From positions 2,035,992 to 2,099,991 of the forward strand of contig OZ245777.1 in NCBI GenBank assembly GCA_965227775.1: a DNA stretch of 64,000 nt, written 5' to 3'. Source of the stretch: Phycisphaerales bacterium. Its GTDB lineage: Bacteria > Planctomycetota > Phycisphaerae > Phycisphaerales > UBA1924. Positions 1-9,163 of this stretch are shown here, in pieces. The translations under genes were made by a program, and so were the position numbers. Under the pieces are notes generated by a model. The model worked only from the letters and a program-made list of their open reading frames with translations, was not told the DNA's origin and did no database searches. Numbering within the stretch: position 1 is the stretch's first letter; each line of letters starts with the position of its first letter.

Positions 1-1048
1 CCCGGTCTCGCTCCACGCCCTCGCCCCGGTCGAAGGCGACTCCAAGGTTGTACATCGCACCCTGGTGGTGAAGCTCGGCCGCTCGGCGGTACCAAGACAC
101 GGCCTCGGCGTGGTCTTGCTCGACGCCTTCGCCGAAGTCGTACGCGATGCCAAGCTCGTACATGGCGTCGGGGTCGCCTCGATCAGCCGAGCGGCGGAAC
201 CACTCGACGGCGCGTGCCTCGTCTTCCTCCACACCCTCGCCGATCTTGTAGCAGTCGCCCAGGTTGAACATCGCTGCGGCGTGCCCAAGGTTGGAGGCCT
301 TGCGGTACCACACCGCCCCGGCCGCGTAGTCCTGCTCGACGCCCTCGCCCATGTCGTACATGATGCCAAGGCAGTACATGGCGTGGGCGTCGCCCAAGTT
401 GGCGGCCTTGCGATACCAACGAACGGCGGCCTTGTCGGCGAGTGGCACGCCCAACCCATCGTCGTACGAGAGGGCTAGGTTGACCATCTGATCCACGTCA
501 CCGGCGTGCGCGTCGGCGTATTCCTGGCGGACGACATCGCGAGATTCGGACTGCCAGAGGACGGCGTCGCGGCCGGTCATGGCCATGAGGCGCGCCGACA
601 ATTCGAGCGAGACCAGACGCTGCGCCCGTGTGTCGGCATCGACTTCGGGCTCGCCTGACGGCTGGGCCATGCGGGTGAGCATGGCGGCGGCGAGGGGCGC
701 AAGTTCCTCGTTCTTCGCGTGCACCACCGCCCAGCCGGCCGCCTGCCACAGCTCGGAGGCGGCCGCGTCAGGCCACGACAAATCGCCCAGGTGCGGGCGG
801 AGCTGCGCGAGGATGGCCGAAGCGCGGCGGACGCGTTCGGCTCGGTCTTCCAACCTGCCGATCTCTTCGAGCGCCGCCGAGGCGCGACGCACCATTGCGT
901 CGACCTCGGGGGGCGGGGCGGTGCGCGACTCTTGCTTCGTCGGCGGTGCAGCTTCGGGAGCTTCCGGCCGTTCAGATTGCGCAACCGCGAGCGACGCGTG
1001 GCCAAACAGCATCAAAGCCGTCGTCCAAACCAGAGATCGCGAGCGCAT
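1..1048 (-). CDS. Secreted Sel1/SLR repeat protein (3' end runs off the left edge of the window)
   Basis: Absent from the ORF track because there is no stop inside the window. Manual minus-strand translation from ATG at 1048-1046 (AAGGGAGGGG upstream) gives the signal peptide MRSRSLVWTTALMLFGHASLAVAQ. At least 4 Sel1 units follow, e.g. AVRWYRKAANLGDAHAMYCLGIMYDMGEGVEQD and AVEWFRRSADRGDPDAMYELGIAYDFGEGVEQD. I checked the frame codon by codon and it stays open to position 1. The listed + ORF 65..478 is its antisense shadow. Confidence 0.85.
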   Translation of the reverse strand, partial: MRSRSLVWTTALMLFGHASLAVAQSERPEAPEAAPPTKQESRTAPPPEVDAMVRRASAALEEIGRLEDRAERVRRASAILAQLRPHLGDLSWPDAAASELWQAAGWAVVHAKNEELAPLAAAMLTRMAQPSGEPEVDADTRAQRLVSLELSARLMAMTGRDAVLWQSESRDVVRQEYADAHAGDVDQMVNLALSYDDGLGVPLADKAAVRWYRKAANLGDAHAMYCLGIMYDMGEGVEQDYAAGAVWYRKASNLGHAAAMFNLGDCYKIGEGVEEDEARAVEWFRRSADRGDPDAMYELGIAYDFGEGVEQDHAEAVSWYRRAAELHHQGAMYNLGVAFDRGEGVERDR

Positions 1049-1075
1049 GCTGTGCCCCTCCCTTTCCGTCGATTC

Positions 1076-1945
1076 TTACTTGCCCTTGTTGAAGAACTTC
1101 TCAATGGCCGCCTTGCCCGCCTCTTCGTGGCGCAACCGCACGAGGTGGTCGCGCTCACACTGCAGCGAGGCTTGCCAGCCGTTCTCGAGGCCGGCGCGCA
1201 CGGCGTCGGCGACGGCGTGTGCCGGGCCCGATTCACCGAGTTCGCCCGCAACCGTCTCGAGCGTTTGTCGCACGGGCTCGGGCGTGCGGCCGATCCACTT
1301 CAGCGGCGCGCCGTCCCGCGTTGGCGCGGGGCCTTGGCCGCGGATCCAGTCGGCGGCCAGCTGTCGCAGGCCGCTCGCCTCCTGGGCGATGAGATCGAAC
1401 ATGCCCGCGTCGGCGGCGTCGGGGTAGGGCATCGGCGTGCCGGCAGCGGTGAGCTGGATCGCCTTCGCGGCGTCGATGCGTGCGGGCAGAAGGTTCGTGC
1501 CGCCCCATCCGGGGCAGATGGCCAGCCCGGCCTCGGGCAGGCCTACGGGGTAGGGCTTCGCGCCGGGCGCGCCGATCAGCCCGTCGCAGTGCATGGCCAG
1601 CTCGAGCCCGCCGCCCAGCGCAGCGCCGTTGATCGCGGCGGCGGTCCACACGGGCATCTGGTGGAACCTCGCGAAGACCGACGCTCCAAACTCGAGGTAC
1701 GCGTGCAAATCGGCATCGGAGAGATCGCGCACGGCCTTGAGATCAGCCCCCGCCACGAACACCTTCTCCGAAGCACTGGCAAGCACGACGCCCGCGACGC
1801 CGTCGAGGTCGAGGCCGGAGAGCGTGGCATCGAGGGCCTCGAGCAACGGGCGGTCGAGCACGACGACAGGGGCGTCCTGTGTGAGCTCGACGACGAGGAT
1901 CGGTGTGCCGCGGTCGTCGGTGTGGACGGGCAGTAGGGTGGTCAT
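1076..1945 (-). CDS. Enoyl-CoA hydratase/isomerase (crotonase) family protein
   Basis: ORF 1076..2134 trimmed to the ATG at 1945 (MTTLLPVH, GGAGG upstream). Crotonase-like motifs KVFVAGADLK and AAINGAALGGGLELAMHCD. Lies 27 bp upstream of the Sel1 gene on the same strand. Confidence 0.8.
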   Translation of the reverse strand: MTTLLPVHTDDRGTPILVVELTQDAPVVVLDRPLLEALDATLSGLDLDGVAGVVLASASEKVFVAGADLKAVRDLSDADLHAYLEFGASVFARFHQMPVWTAAAINGAALGGGLELAMHCDGLIGAPGAKPYPVGLPEAGLAICPGWGGTNLLPARIDAAKAIQLTAAGTPMPYPDAADAGMFDLIAQEASGLRQLAADWIRGQGPAPTRDGAPLKWIGRTPEPVRQTLETVAGELGESGPAHAVADAVRAGLENGWQASLQCERDHLVRLRHEEAGKAAIEKFFNKGK

Positions 1946-2041
1946 GGAAGGGCCTCCGCAGGGGGAAAGAGTGCGGAGCGAGTCTAAGCCCGGGCAAGCG
2001 CGCAGGCTTGAAACGCCCATGCTCACTGTCCAGCATTCCGC

Positions 2042-2332
2042 ATGGACCGACCACCCGAGTCGATCGACGGAGCGCGCGTCGTCCGCTGGACGCGCATCGA
2101 TGGCCGGCACCGTTTCACAGGCGCATGTGCACACATCGTCGGCGGCTCAACCCAGGGGCCCGCAGCCGGGCTAGCGATCTGCCAGTATGAAGCTGAGTCG
2201 GCGTACTACCTGTTTGGTTGCTATGAAGAGTGGAACTCGGTGACGGATACCTATCACGACACGCTCCAGGATGCGATGGGCCAGGCAGAGTTCGAGTACG
2301 AAGGCGTGACCGAGACGTGGATGGCCGCGTAG
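2042..2332 (+). CDS. Small hypothetical protein
   Basis: 96-aa ORF. The C-terminal half (LAICQYEAESAYYLFGCYEEWNSVTDTYHDTLQDAMGQAEFEYEGVTETWMAA) has non-GC-biased, protein-like composition in a locally lower-GC patch. Start uncertain. Confidence 0.45.
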   Translation: MDRPPESIDGARVVRWTRIDGRHRFTGACAHIVGGSTQGPAAGLAICQYEAESAYYLFGCYEEWNSVTDTYHDTLQDAMGQAEFEYEGVTETWMAA

Positions 2333-2353
2333 GCGCCGGTCGCGCTTCACACG

Positions 2354-2378
2354 AAAAAACCCGGGCTCACACCCGGGC
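2354..2378 (-). terminator. Rho-independent terminator downstream of the OmpA-like gene
   Basis: The minus strand reads CCCGGG-TGTGAG-CCCGGG followed by TTTTTT (A-run 2354-2359 on the + strand). Located 26 nt after the stop at 2404. Confidence 0.7.
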
Positions 2379-2403
2379 TTGCGAGTTCTAGGACACCAAT
2401 CGT

Positions 2404-3285
2404 TTACTTATCGATCGGGCCACGGCCGCTCGTGCCGCGGGCGTCGTCGATGGGAGCATCGATCGTGCTGGGCACGGAGACGAATCCGCTGCTGCCGGTT
2501 CCGGTGCTTTGGCGGATAAAGATCTCCACGCGGCGGTTCTGCGGCGTGCCACCCGTCGAACTGTTGGGCACGAGCGGGCGATGCTCGCCCCAGCCGCTGG
2601 CCTGGATCTGGCTCGCTGGCAGGCCCATGTTCACGAGCTGGCGTCGCACCGAGATGGCGCGGTGAGCGCTCAGGTGCATGTTGGTCGGGTGGCGCTGCGC
2701 CGTGCTCGGGCTGATGCGCTCGCTGTCGGTGTGGCCGATGATCTCGAGCTCGTAGCCGGTGGCTTCCGGGGCCTTGAGGATCTCGGCCAGGTCGCCCAGG
2801 CTCTGCTGGCCTTCTGCGGTCACGGCATCGCTGCCGCTGGCGAACGTCAGATCGCTGCTGAACCGCAGCATGCCACGATCCGGGTCATACACGATGCGGC
2901 CGGCGTACTTGCGGGCCAGGTCGCGCAGGGCCTGGTCGGTGCGGCGGTCGAGGCCCATGAGGGCCACGCTGTCGACCTGCTCGCCGAGCTCTCGGAGCCG
3001 ACGCTCCATCTCGGTCAGGTTGTCCTGGGCGCCCGCGAGGGCCTGGTTAGCCTGCGCGGCAGCGGCCTCTGCCTGCTGACGTAGGCGGCGCTCGTTGGCG
3101 AGCTGGCCGTCATAGCTGCCGCTCTGCTGCTCAAGCTGGGCCAGCTGGTCGCGCAGGAGGCGGTTGTCACGCTCGGCCGCGTCGAAGCGGCTCTGGCTCA
3201 CGCAGCCGCCGAGGGTTGAAAGGGCGATGCTGCCCAGGGTGAGCAGGGCGAGCGAACGGGTGATGGTCTTCGAACTGCCGGTCAT
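2404..3285 (-). CDS. OmpA/MotB-family lipoprotein with N-terminal coiled coil
   Basis: ORF 2404..3417 trimmed to the ATG at 3285 (GGAGGA upstream). Lipobox LSTLGGC. Gln/Leu-rich coiled coil. C-terminal OmpA-like domain (FASGSDAVTAEGQQSLGDLAEIL ... IIGHTDSE ... NMHLSAHRAISVRRQLV ... NRRVEIFI). Confidence 0.85.
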   Translation of the reverse strand: MTGSSKTITRSLALLTLGSIALSTLGGCVSQSRFDAAERDNRLLRDQLAQLEQQSGSYDGQLANERRLRQQAEAAAAQANQALAGAQDNLTEMERRLRELGEQVDSVALMGLDRRTDQALRDLARKYAGRIVYDPDRGMLRFSSDLTFASGSDAVTAEGQQSLGDLAEILKAPEATGYELEIIGHTDSERISPSTAQRHPTNMHLSAHRAISVRRQLVNMGLPASQIQASGWGEHRPLVPNSSTGGTPQNRRVEIFIRQSTGTGSSGFVSVPSTIDAPIDDARGTSGRGPIDK

Positions 3286-3415
3286 CTGGATCCTCCGTGC
3301 TTGTACCGGCCGTGTGGCCCGGTCGATCGGTCCCGCGTCGCGGCGGGTGCGTGCCCGGTCCATTCCGGGCGATTGCGTGCGTGGGCGATGCGCGCCGTTC
3401 GTACTATCGGAGTGC

Positions 3416-4765
3416 ATGCACGAAGCCCATCACACAAGCGACGACGCAGACGCGAAGCGTGGTTCCTCCACCGACCCCGCGAAAACTGCGCAATCACGAT
3501 ATGCCGCCTCGGGTGAGTCCGGGCGTGTTTTCTCGGTGCGATGCGCAGGAATTGCCGACGCTCGCGGCACGGTGCGCGCAAGCGACAGCCTGCTCGTACA
3601 AACGACAGGCACGCGGGCCCGGCGCGTGCTGGCCATTGGGACCCGAGCCGATGTTCGTGCCCACCCGGCGTGGGCTTCGGCCGAGCATCTCGACCTGCCC
3701 GATCGAATCCTCGCCCCAGCCCTGGTCAACGCCCACGCCCATCTCGACCTCACGCACATCGGTCCCCAGCCGATGGGCGAGGGGGGCTTCGCTGCGTGGA
3801 TCGACATGGTGCGCCGCGGGCGGCTCGCGGACGAAGGGGCGATCGCCGCCAGCGTGCTCCAGGGTGTCGACTTGCTGCTCAGGGGCGGCACGGTTGCTGT
3901 GGGAGACATCGCCGGATCGGTGAACGGGGCACCCTCGATCGCACCCGCCCGCGTGCTGGATGAGGCCGAGATGTCAGGTGTCTCATTTCTCGAGTTCTTC
4001 GGGCTATCCGTGGACGGTTCACCCGGGGTCGATGCCGCGTTGGAGCGAGCCGCCGGCGTTCAACCAGACACGGTCCAACTGGGACTGAGCCCGCACGCAC
4101 CCTACTCAGTCTCGCTAGGCGGATATGCCCGGGCACGCGAGGCCGGGCTCCCGATCTGCACCCACCTCGCCGAAAGCCTGTCGGAGCGCGCGATGATCGC
4201 CGAGGCGACTGGGCCCATCCGCCACTTCCTCGAGGGTCTCGGGCAGTGGACCCCCGAGATCGCCGCCCAATTCGGCTCGGGCAAGAGCCCTGTCGAGTTC
4301 ACCGCACCCGTGCTCGATGGGGCCTTGACCGTCCACTTGAACGACCTGGACGACGCCGACATCGACTGTCTTGCCCGCATCGGGGCCCGCGCCGCGTATT
4401 GCCCCAGGGCATCGACGTACTTTGGCGCGCCCGAGGCGTTCGGGGCGCACCGCTACCAAGAGCTCCTGCGAGCGGGCGTTCCCGTGGCGCTGGGGACCGA
4501 TTCGGTGATCAACCTACCTTCCACAGATGTCGCGGACCGCGGCATTTGCGTTCTCGATGAGGCGCGATTGCTCCTCGAACGCGACGGCGCTGACTCATCT
4601 GACATACTCGAAATGCTGTACCGCCATGCTCCAATGGTGCTGGGCTTGCCTGAGCAGGTGTTGCAAGCGGAGTCCGAGGTGCTGGGGCTCATTGCGGTCA
4701 CGTGCGGTTCGGGTGAAGCCGGACTTGGGTTGGTGGCATCCCTGGGCCCAATCGCGTTCCTGTAG
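3416..4765 (+). CDS. Amidohydrolase-superfamily protein (metal-dependent deaminase/chlorohydrolase-like)
   Basis: ORF 3164..4765. The first ATG not overlapping the divergent OmpA gene is 3416. Metal-binding HxH motif (LVNAHAHLDLTH), THLAES, TVHLNDL and the GTDS tail typical of the amidohydrolase_1 fold. The start is approximate. Confidence 0.75.
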   Translation: MHEAHHTSDDADAKRGSSTDPAKTAQSRYAASGESGRVFSVRCAGIADARGTVRASDSLLVQTTGTRARRVLAIGTRADVRAHPAWASAEHLDLPDRILAPALVNAHAHLDLTHIGPQPMGEGGFAAWIDMVRRGRLADEGAIAASVLQGVDLLLRGGTVAVGDIAGSVNGAPSIAPARVLDEAEMSGVSFLEFFGLSVDGSPGVDAALERAAGVQPDTVQLGLSPHAPYSVSLGGYARAREAGLPICTHLAESLSERAMIAEATGPIRHFLEGLGQWTPEIAAQFGSGKSPVEFTAPVLDGALTVHLNDLDDADIDCLARIGARAAYCPRASTYFGAPEAFGAHRYQELLRAGVPVALGTDSVINLPSTDVADRGICVLDEARLLLERDGADSSDILEMLYRHAPMVLGLPEQVLQAESEVLGLIAVTCGSGEAGLGLVASLGPIAFL

Positions 4766-4840
4766 CGGGAGAGTTTTTCCGGCTTCGCAGGAATGATCCC
4801 GGGGTCTCGAACCTACCATCCGACGGGCCCAGGAGTCGCA

Positions 4841-7363
4841 ATGAGTCGCAAATGGCAGCAGGTCAAGCGATGGGACGACGAGCACCTGACAGGAGTGCTG
4901 ACGCCCGTTCGTCTAGTGCTGCGGCTCTTCAGCAGCGTGCTGTTCGGCGTGGGCTTGCTGGTGATTGTCGCGATCTACGGTGCGCTGGCGAGCCTCCCGG
5001 TTGGGCTGCTGGTCGATGGCCTGACGTGGGCGGTCTACGGGCTCACGCTGATTCTCGCGATGGCGCTCCTTGCTGCGCCGCTCATGGTGGGCACGAGGCT
5101 CGCCACGCGTGGTAGCGAACGCGGGTGGCGGTTCTTCTTTATGCTCTCGGCGCTGCTTGTCGGCTCCGGCATCGCGATGGTGGGGTGGTACCACCTCGCG
5201 TGGCCGATGCTCAGATACGAGCCGGCGACCGGCGAGGGCTTCCGCGTGCTCGGCTCGGTTTCGGACCAGTACGCCGACGTGACGGTGCGCCGCCTGCCGT
5301 TCTTCGAGATGACCGAGCTTGAGTTCTACTCGTGGTGGCCGCTGCGGGTGGTGCTCGTGCTCTTCGTGCTGACGATGATCGTGAGCACGGTGCGGCGCAT
5401 CGCCTTCAACTTGCCAAACCTCGGCGTGCTGACGGTTCACACGGGCATCATCCTGCTCGGGCTTGGCAGCATCTACTACGGTTCGATGAAGCTCGAGGGT
5501 GATGTGCTGCTTCTCGCGGGCCCGACCGGTCGCGATGGCATGCCGTCCGATGGGCCGCCGCAGGCTGGGTTCTACGACCGGGGCCAGGTCGCGCTCTGGG
5601 TCAGCCAGGGCCGCGGTTGGGACCAGCGCTTGCTCAGCGGGGTACCGCGGTACAACGCGTACGACCTTCGCGCGGGTCTTGGCGAGAGTGCGCTCGAAAC
5701 CGCGGAGGTCATCCGGCCGCTCGAGGTGCCGGATCGCACGCTGGATGTTGCCGTGCCGCAGACACTCACCGGCGTAAGCGATCCCGACGTGGGATTGCGC
5801 ATCATTGGCTACGCGCCGTATGCCGATGCACGCACGGACTGGACGCCCGCGGCTGCAATTGATGCCGACGCCAATCCGGTGCACTTCGTCGAATTCTTCA
5901 GCGACGTGACGCCTGAGGGCGAGCTGGTCCCGAGCGATCGCCCGCTGTTCCGCTTCTACTTCGTACCCAATCTTCCGCGGCTGCGAGTGTCGCAGCTGCC
6001 GTTCATCGCGATCGAGTATCGCAAGGGCCTCGATGAGCAAACCTGGAGAGAAGTGACCGCCCCCGCGCCGTCGGCCGCTCGCCATGCGCTAGCCATCACC
6101 ATGCCGGGCGAGCAGACGCCGACGATCGTTCCGGTGACTGAAGGGTTGGCCTTCGAGTGGGGCGGGCTTGGCTTCGAGGTCGAGCAGCTGCTGCCCGAGC
6201 CGCCGTTCCCGATCATCACGCCGGGCTTTGAGGAATCGACCAGTAGCGTTGCGATCGTCAAGATCACCAGTAACGACGACGAGATCACGCGTTGGGTCTA
6301 CAGCCGCTTCCCCGAGATCAGCCAGGACCTGCGTGAAGGAGAGCGGGAAGGGGATCAAGCCGACGGTCGCCCGAATCGTGAGAATGCCGACGACACGCTG
6401 GTCCGCGTGCGATACCTCGACCTCACGGGGCTGCACGTCATCTTCGACGACCGCGGCGATGGGCGCACTCGGGTGGCGATCCGCCAGCCGGGCAACACGG
6501 TGCGCGTGCTCGAAGACGCACCAATCGGCGAGCGATTCGAGATCGTCCAAGGCCTGGGCTTGCGACGGAGTGAGTCGTGGCCGCACGCGGTGGAGGTCGA
6601 GCGGCCGATCCCGGTGCCCGAGATCGATCGAGAGGGAGAATTTATTGGCACGCACGATCGGGCGATGGTGGCCGTCGAGGTCTCGCTGGGCGACTGGTCC
6701 CGAGTCGTGTGGCTGCCGTTCATGAAGTACCTGAACGTCGGTCAGGAGGAAGCGACGCGCCTCGAGTTGCCCGACGGACGAAGCATCCGGCTGGCTTTCG
6801 CGCGTGCTCGACGTTCGCTGCCGGGATTCCAGATCCGCATGGTCGGTTTCGAGATGGTTGCGTACGACCACCGAGGCGCCCCGCGCGACTACCGGTCGAC
6901 TATCCACGTGGAGCCAAGCGGGACGAATCAGTGGTTCGAGCCGTACACCCGCAAGACCCAATTGAATGCGCCCCTTCGCGCGCCGTTCGTATGGAGTGAC
7001 GAGCGTGGCATTGTTGCCAACGTGCTGGGATTCGTCGGGTCTCGGCTCGATCCGGCACAGTTCAAGTTCGCCCAGGCTGGGTGGGACGCCCAGGGCTGGG
7101 AGCGCACGCAGGCGCTGGCAGACGAGGGCGTGATTCCCGAGCCCTACGCCCAGTTCACGATCCTGCACGTGGGCAACAACCCAGGCATCCACGTGATTGC
7201 GCTCGGTGGTGTCTTGATGGGGGTCGGCGTGCCTTGGGCGTTCTATGTCAAGCCGTGGATGCTCAAGCGTCGCAAGGAGAAGCTGGCCGCCGAGCACGCG
7301 GCGCGCCGCCGTGAGAAGATTGAGCCGACGTTGGAGACGTCGCTGCAGAAGGAGACGGCATGA
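4841..7363 (+). CDS. Cytochrome c biogenesis protein ResB/Ccs1 family (System II)
   Basis: ATG at 4841 with AGGAG 5 nt upstream. N-terminal TM helices, a ResB-like segment (EFYSWWPLRVVLVLFVLTMIVSTVRR), a large periplasmic domain and a C-terminal TM helix. ATGA overlap with the downstream CcsA gene. Confidence 0.75.
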   Translation: MSRKWQQVKRWDDEHLTGVLTPVRLVLRLFSSVLFGVGLLVIVAIYGALASLPVGLLVDGLTWAVYGLTLILAMALLAAPLMVGTRLATRGSERGWRFFFMLSALLVGSGIAMVGWYHLAWPMLRYEPATGEGFRVLGSVSDQYADVTVRRLPFFEMTELEFYSWWPLRVVLVLFVLTMIVSTVRRIAFNLPNLGVLTVHTGIILLGLGSIYYGSMKLEGDVLLLAGPTGRDGMPSDGPPQAGFYDRGQVALWVSQGRGWDQRLLSGVPRYNAYDLRAGLGESALETAEVIRPLEVPDRTLDVAVPQTLTGVSDPDVGLRIIGYAPYADARTDWTPAAAIDADANPVHFVEFFSDVTPEGELVPSDRPLFRFYFVPNLPRLRVSQLPFIAIEYRKGLDEQTWREVTAPAPSAARHALAITMPGEQTPTIVPVTEGLAFEWGGLGFEVEQLLPEPPFPIITPGFEESTSSVAIVKITSNDDEITRWVYSRFPEISQDLREGEREGDQADGRPNRENADDTLVRVRYLDLTGLHVIFDDRGDGRTRVAIRQPGNTVRVLEDAPIGERFEIVQGLGLRRSESWPHAVEVERPIPVPEIDREGEFIGTHDRAMVAVEVSLGDWSRVVWLPFMKYLNVGQEEATRLELPDGRSIRLAFARARRSLPGFQIRMVGFEMVAYDHRGAPRDYRSTIHVEPSGTNQWFEPYTRKTQLNAPLRAPFVWSDERGIVANVLGFVGSRLDPAQFKFAQAGWDAQGWERTQALADEGVIPEPYAQFTILHVGNNPGIHVIALGGVLMGVGVPWAFYVKPWMLKRRKEKLAAEHAARRREKIEPTLETSLQKETA

Positions 7364-9153
7364 CCCGCGTGGTCCTGGCAATCTTGGTTACGCTGCTCGT
7401 CACGTGCTCGGCCCTTGGGCAACTCGAGCCCGCGGGCAACCAGCATCCCGAGGCGAGCGCGGATGTCGATGCGCATGGCCACGATGCGCCGTTTGGTCAG
7501 CCGCTGAGCATCCGTCAACGCGTCGACCGGACGCCGGAGGAAAAGGCCGCGTTCGCATCGGCGGTCAACCTCGGACCGCTCCGCGTGACGGCTGTGTTCC
7601 ACAACGGCCGCGTCAAGATCCTCGACACGCTCGCGCTGGAGATGATGCGAACGCTGACCGGTCGCGAGCGGTTCGAGGACCTCGTGCTGGCCGATGGCGC
7701 AACACCGCTGTCTGCCGGGGAGGATCGGTACGCTCTTGCCGATCCTGAGCGATTCGACAAGGCACGGTTCGACCCGCTGTTCGTGCTGCTCGATCTTTCG
7801 ATCGATCCCGTGCACTACGCGGACAGGCCCCTGATCGCGATCGACTACCTTCCGGTACGCGAGTACTTTCTCGACGCGGCATTCCCAAACGACCCCGACC
7901 GCCGCGACCTGTGGCTGCGAATGACACGCGTCAGCCCGATCATGGTGGAAACGCTCGCCCAGCCGATCTTCGAGCGTTACGGGCACCTTGAGCCAGTGCG
8001 TCGGTCGTTGGGCGAGGCCGACAACGCCCTTCGCGTGGCGGCCGGGGCTGGGGCGATGCTCCGTGTGGTCGCCCCAGAGACCAACGAGCAGCAGTGGGTG
8101 CACATCGAGGACCTGCCCGAGAGCCATCCGGCCCGTGTCGCGGCGATGGAGCTTGGTCGTGCGTGGCGCGATCTTGACGCGGACGCCGCCAATGCCGCCA
8201 TCGCCGATCTTTCGCGCGAGCTTGCTGCGATCAATCCGCAGACGCACCCGGTGAGTCGCGCGCGGATGGAGCTGGCGTACAACAACGGCGACTTCTTCGA
8301 CATCGGCATGTGGGCCTATGGCCTGAGCTTCCTCGCGCTCGTGCTGGCGTTCGGCACCGGGCGACGCTGGCTCATCGGTGCGGGCGTGGGCCTCCTGGTC
8401 GGCGCTGTGCTGCTGCACGCGATCGGATTCACGCTGCGGTGCCTTGTGGCCGAGCGGTTCGCGATCCAGAATCAGTTCGAGTCAATGGTGGGATTGAGCC
8501 TGTTCGCGGCGGTCGTGGCCGTCGGGCTCATGCTCGTGAAGCGGCAGTGGCTGTTCGGCGCGGCGGCGGCGGGCGTTGGCTTCCTTGTGCTCATCGCGGC
8601 GACGCAGACGGCGATCCCCGGTCAAACGATCGGCCGCGAGGCGGCCATCCTGAACACGAGCGTGCTCCTGAAGTACCACGTGACCATCGTGCTGGTGAGC
8701 TACGGGCTCATTACGGTGGGCTTCCTGTGCAGTGTGTTCTACCTGCTCGTGTCGCTCATGAGCCGGCGTCAGTCAGCGCGCGAGGCGGTGGCGGTCGCAC
8801 TCCACGGCGAGGCATCGGTCGCGAAGGACACGACGCTCGCGCGCACGCTCGACGACCTGGACAAGGCGCAGATGACCGCGCTGCAGCTTGCCTTCTGGAC
8901 GCTCGGCGTTGGCATTCTGCTCGGCGCGTGGTGGGCCGATCACTCGTGGGGCCGCTGGTGGGCGTGGGACCCGAAGGAGACGTGGGCCCTCATTACGTGG
9001 ATCGTGTACCTCATCGTGATCCACGTCCGGCTGATCATGGGGCAGGGCAAGGCGCTGCTCACGGCGTGGCTGAGCGTGGCTGGCTTCGGCATCATGCTGT
9101 GGACGTACTTCGGCGTCAACCTGCTGCTGGCGGGGCTGCACGCGTACGCATGA
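7360..9153 (+). CDS. ccsA: Cytochrome c-type biogenesis protein CcsA/ResC with an N-terminal extension of about 300 aa
   Basis: Trp-rich haem-handling motif WGRWWAWDPKETWALITWIVY. Multi-pass membrane C-terminal half. Signal peptide and soluble N-terminal extension. Translationally coupled (ATGA) to the ResB-like gene. Confidence 0.85.
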   Translation: MTRVVLAILVTLLVTCSALGQLEPAGNQHPEASADVDAHGHDAPFGQPLSIRQRVDRTPEEKAAFASAVNLGPLRVTAVFHNGRVKILDTLALEMMRTLTGRERFEDLVLADGATPLSAGEDRYALADPERFDKARFDPLFVLLDLSIDPVHYADRPLIAIDYLPVREYFLDAAFPNDPDRRDLWLRMTRVSPIMVETLAQPIFERYGHLEPVRRSLGEADNALRVAAGAGAMLRVVAPETNEQQWVHIEDLPESHPARVAAMELGRAWRDLDADAANAAIADLSRELAAINPQTHPVSRARMELAYNNGDFFDIGMWAYGLSFLALVLAFGTGRRWLIGAGVGLLVGAVLLHAIGFTLRCLVAERFAIQNQFESMVGLSLFAAVVAVGLMLVKRQWLFGAAAAGVGFLVLIAATQTAIPGQTIGREAAILNTSVLLKYHVTIVLVSYGLITVGFLCSVFYLLVSLMSRRQSAREAVAVALHGEASVAKDTTLARTLDDLDKAQMTALQLAFWTLGVGILLGAWWADHSWGRWWAWDPKETWALITWIVYLIVIHVRLIMGQGKALLTAWLSVAGFGIMLWTYFGVNLLLAGLHAYA

Positions 9154-9163
9154 GTCTGATCGC

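Noticed and set aside
579-1936. + strand ORFs (282 and 405 aa) spanning the Sel1 and enoyl-CoA hydratase loci
   Set aside because: Both minus-strand genes have strong motif support, signal peptides or RBSs. The + ORFs cross the intergenic gap and are Arg/Ser/Ala-rich.
4913-8418. Minus-strand ORFs of 390, 430 and 391 aa opposite resB/ccsA
   Set aside because: They are antisense to genes with clear membrane topology and the WWD motif. Their composition is Arg/His/Asp-rich and not protein-like.
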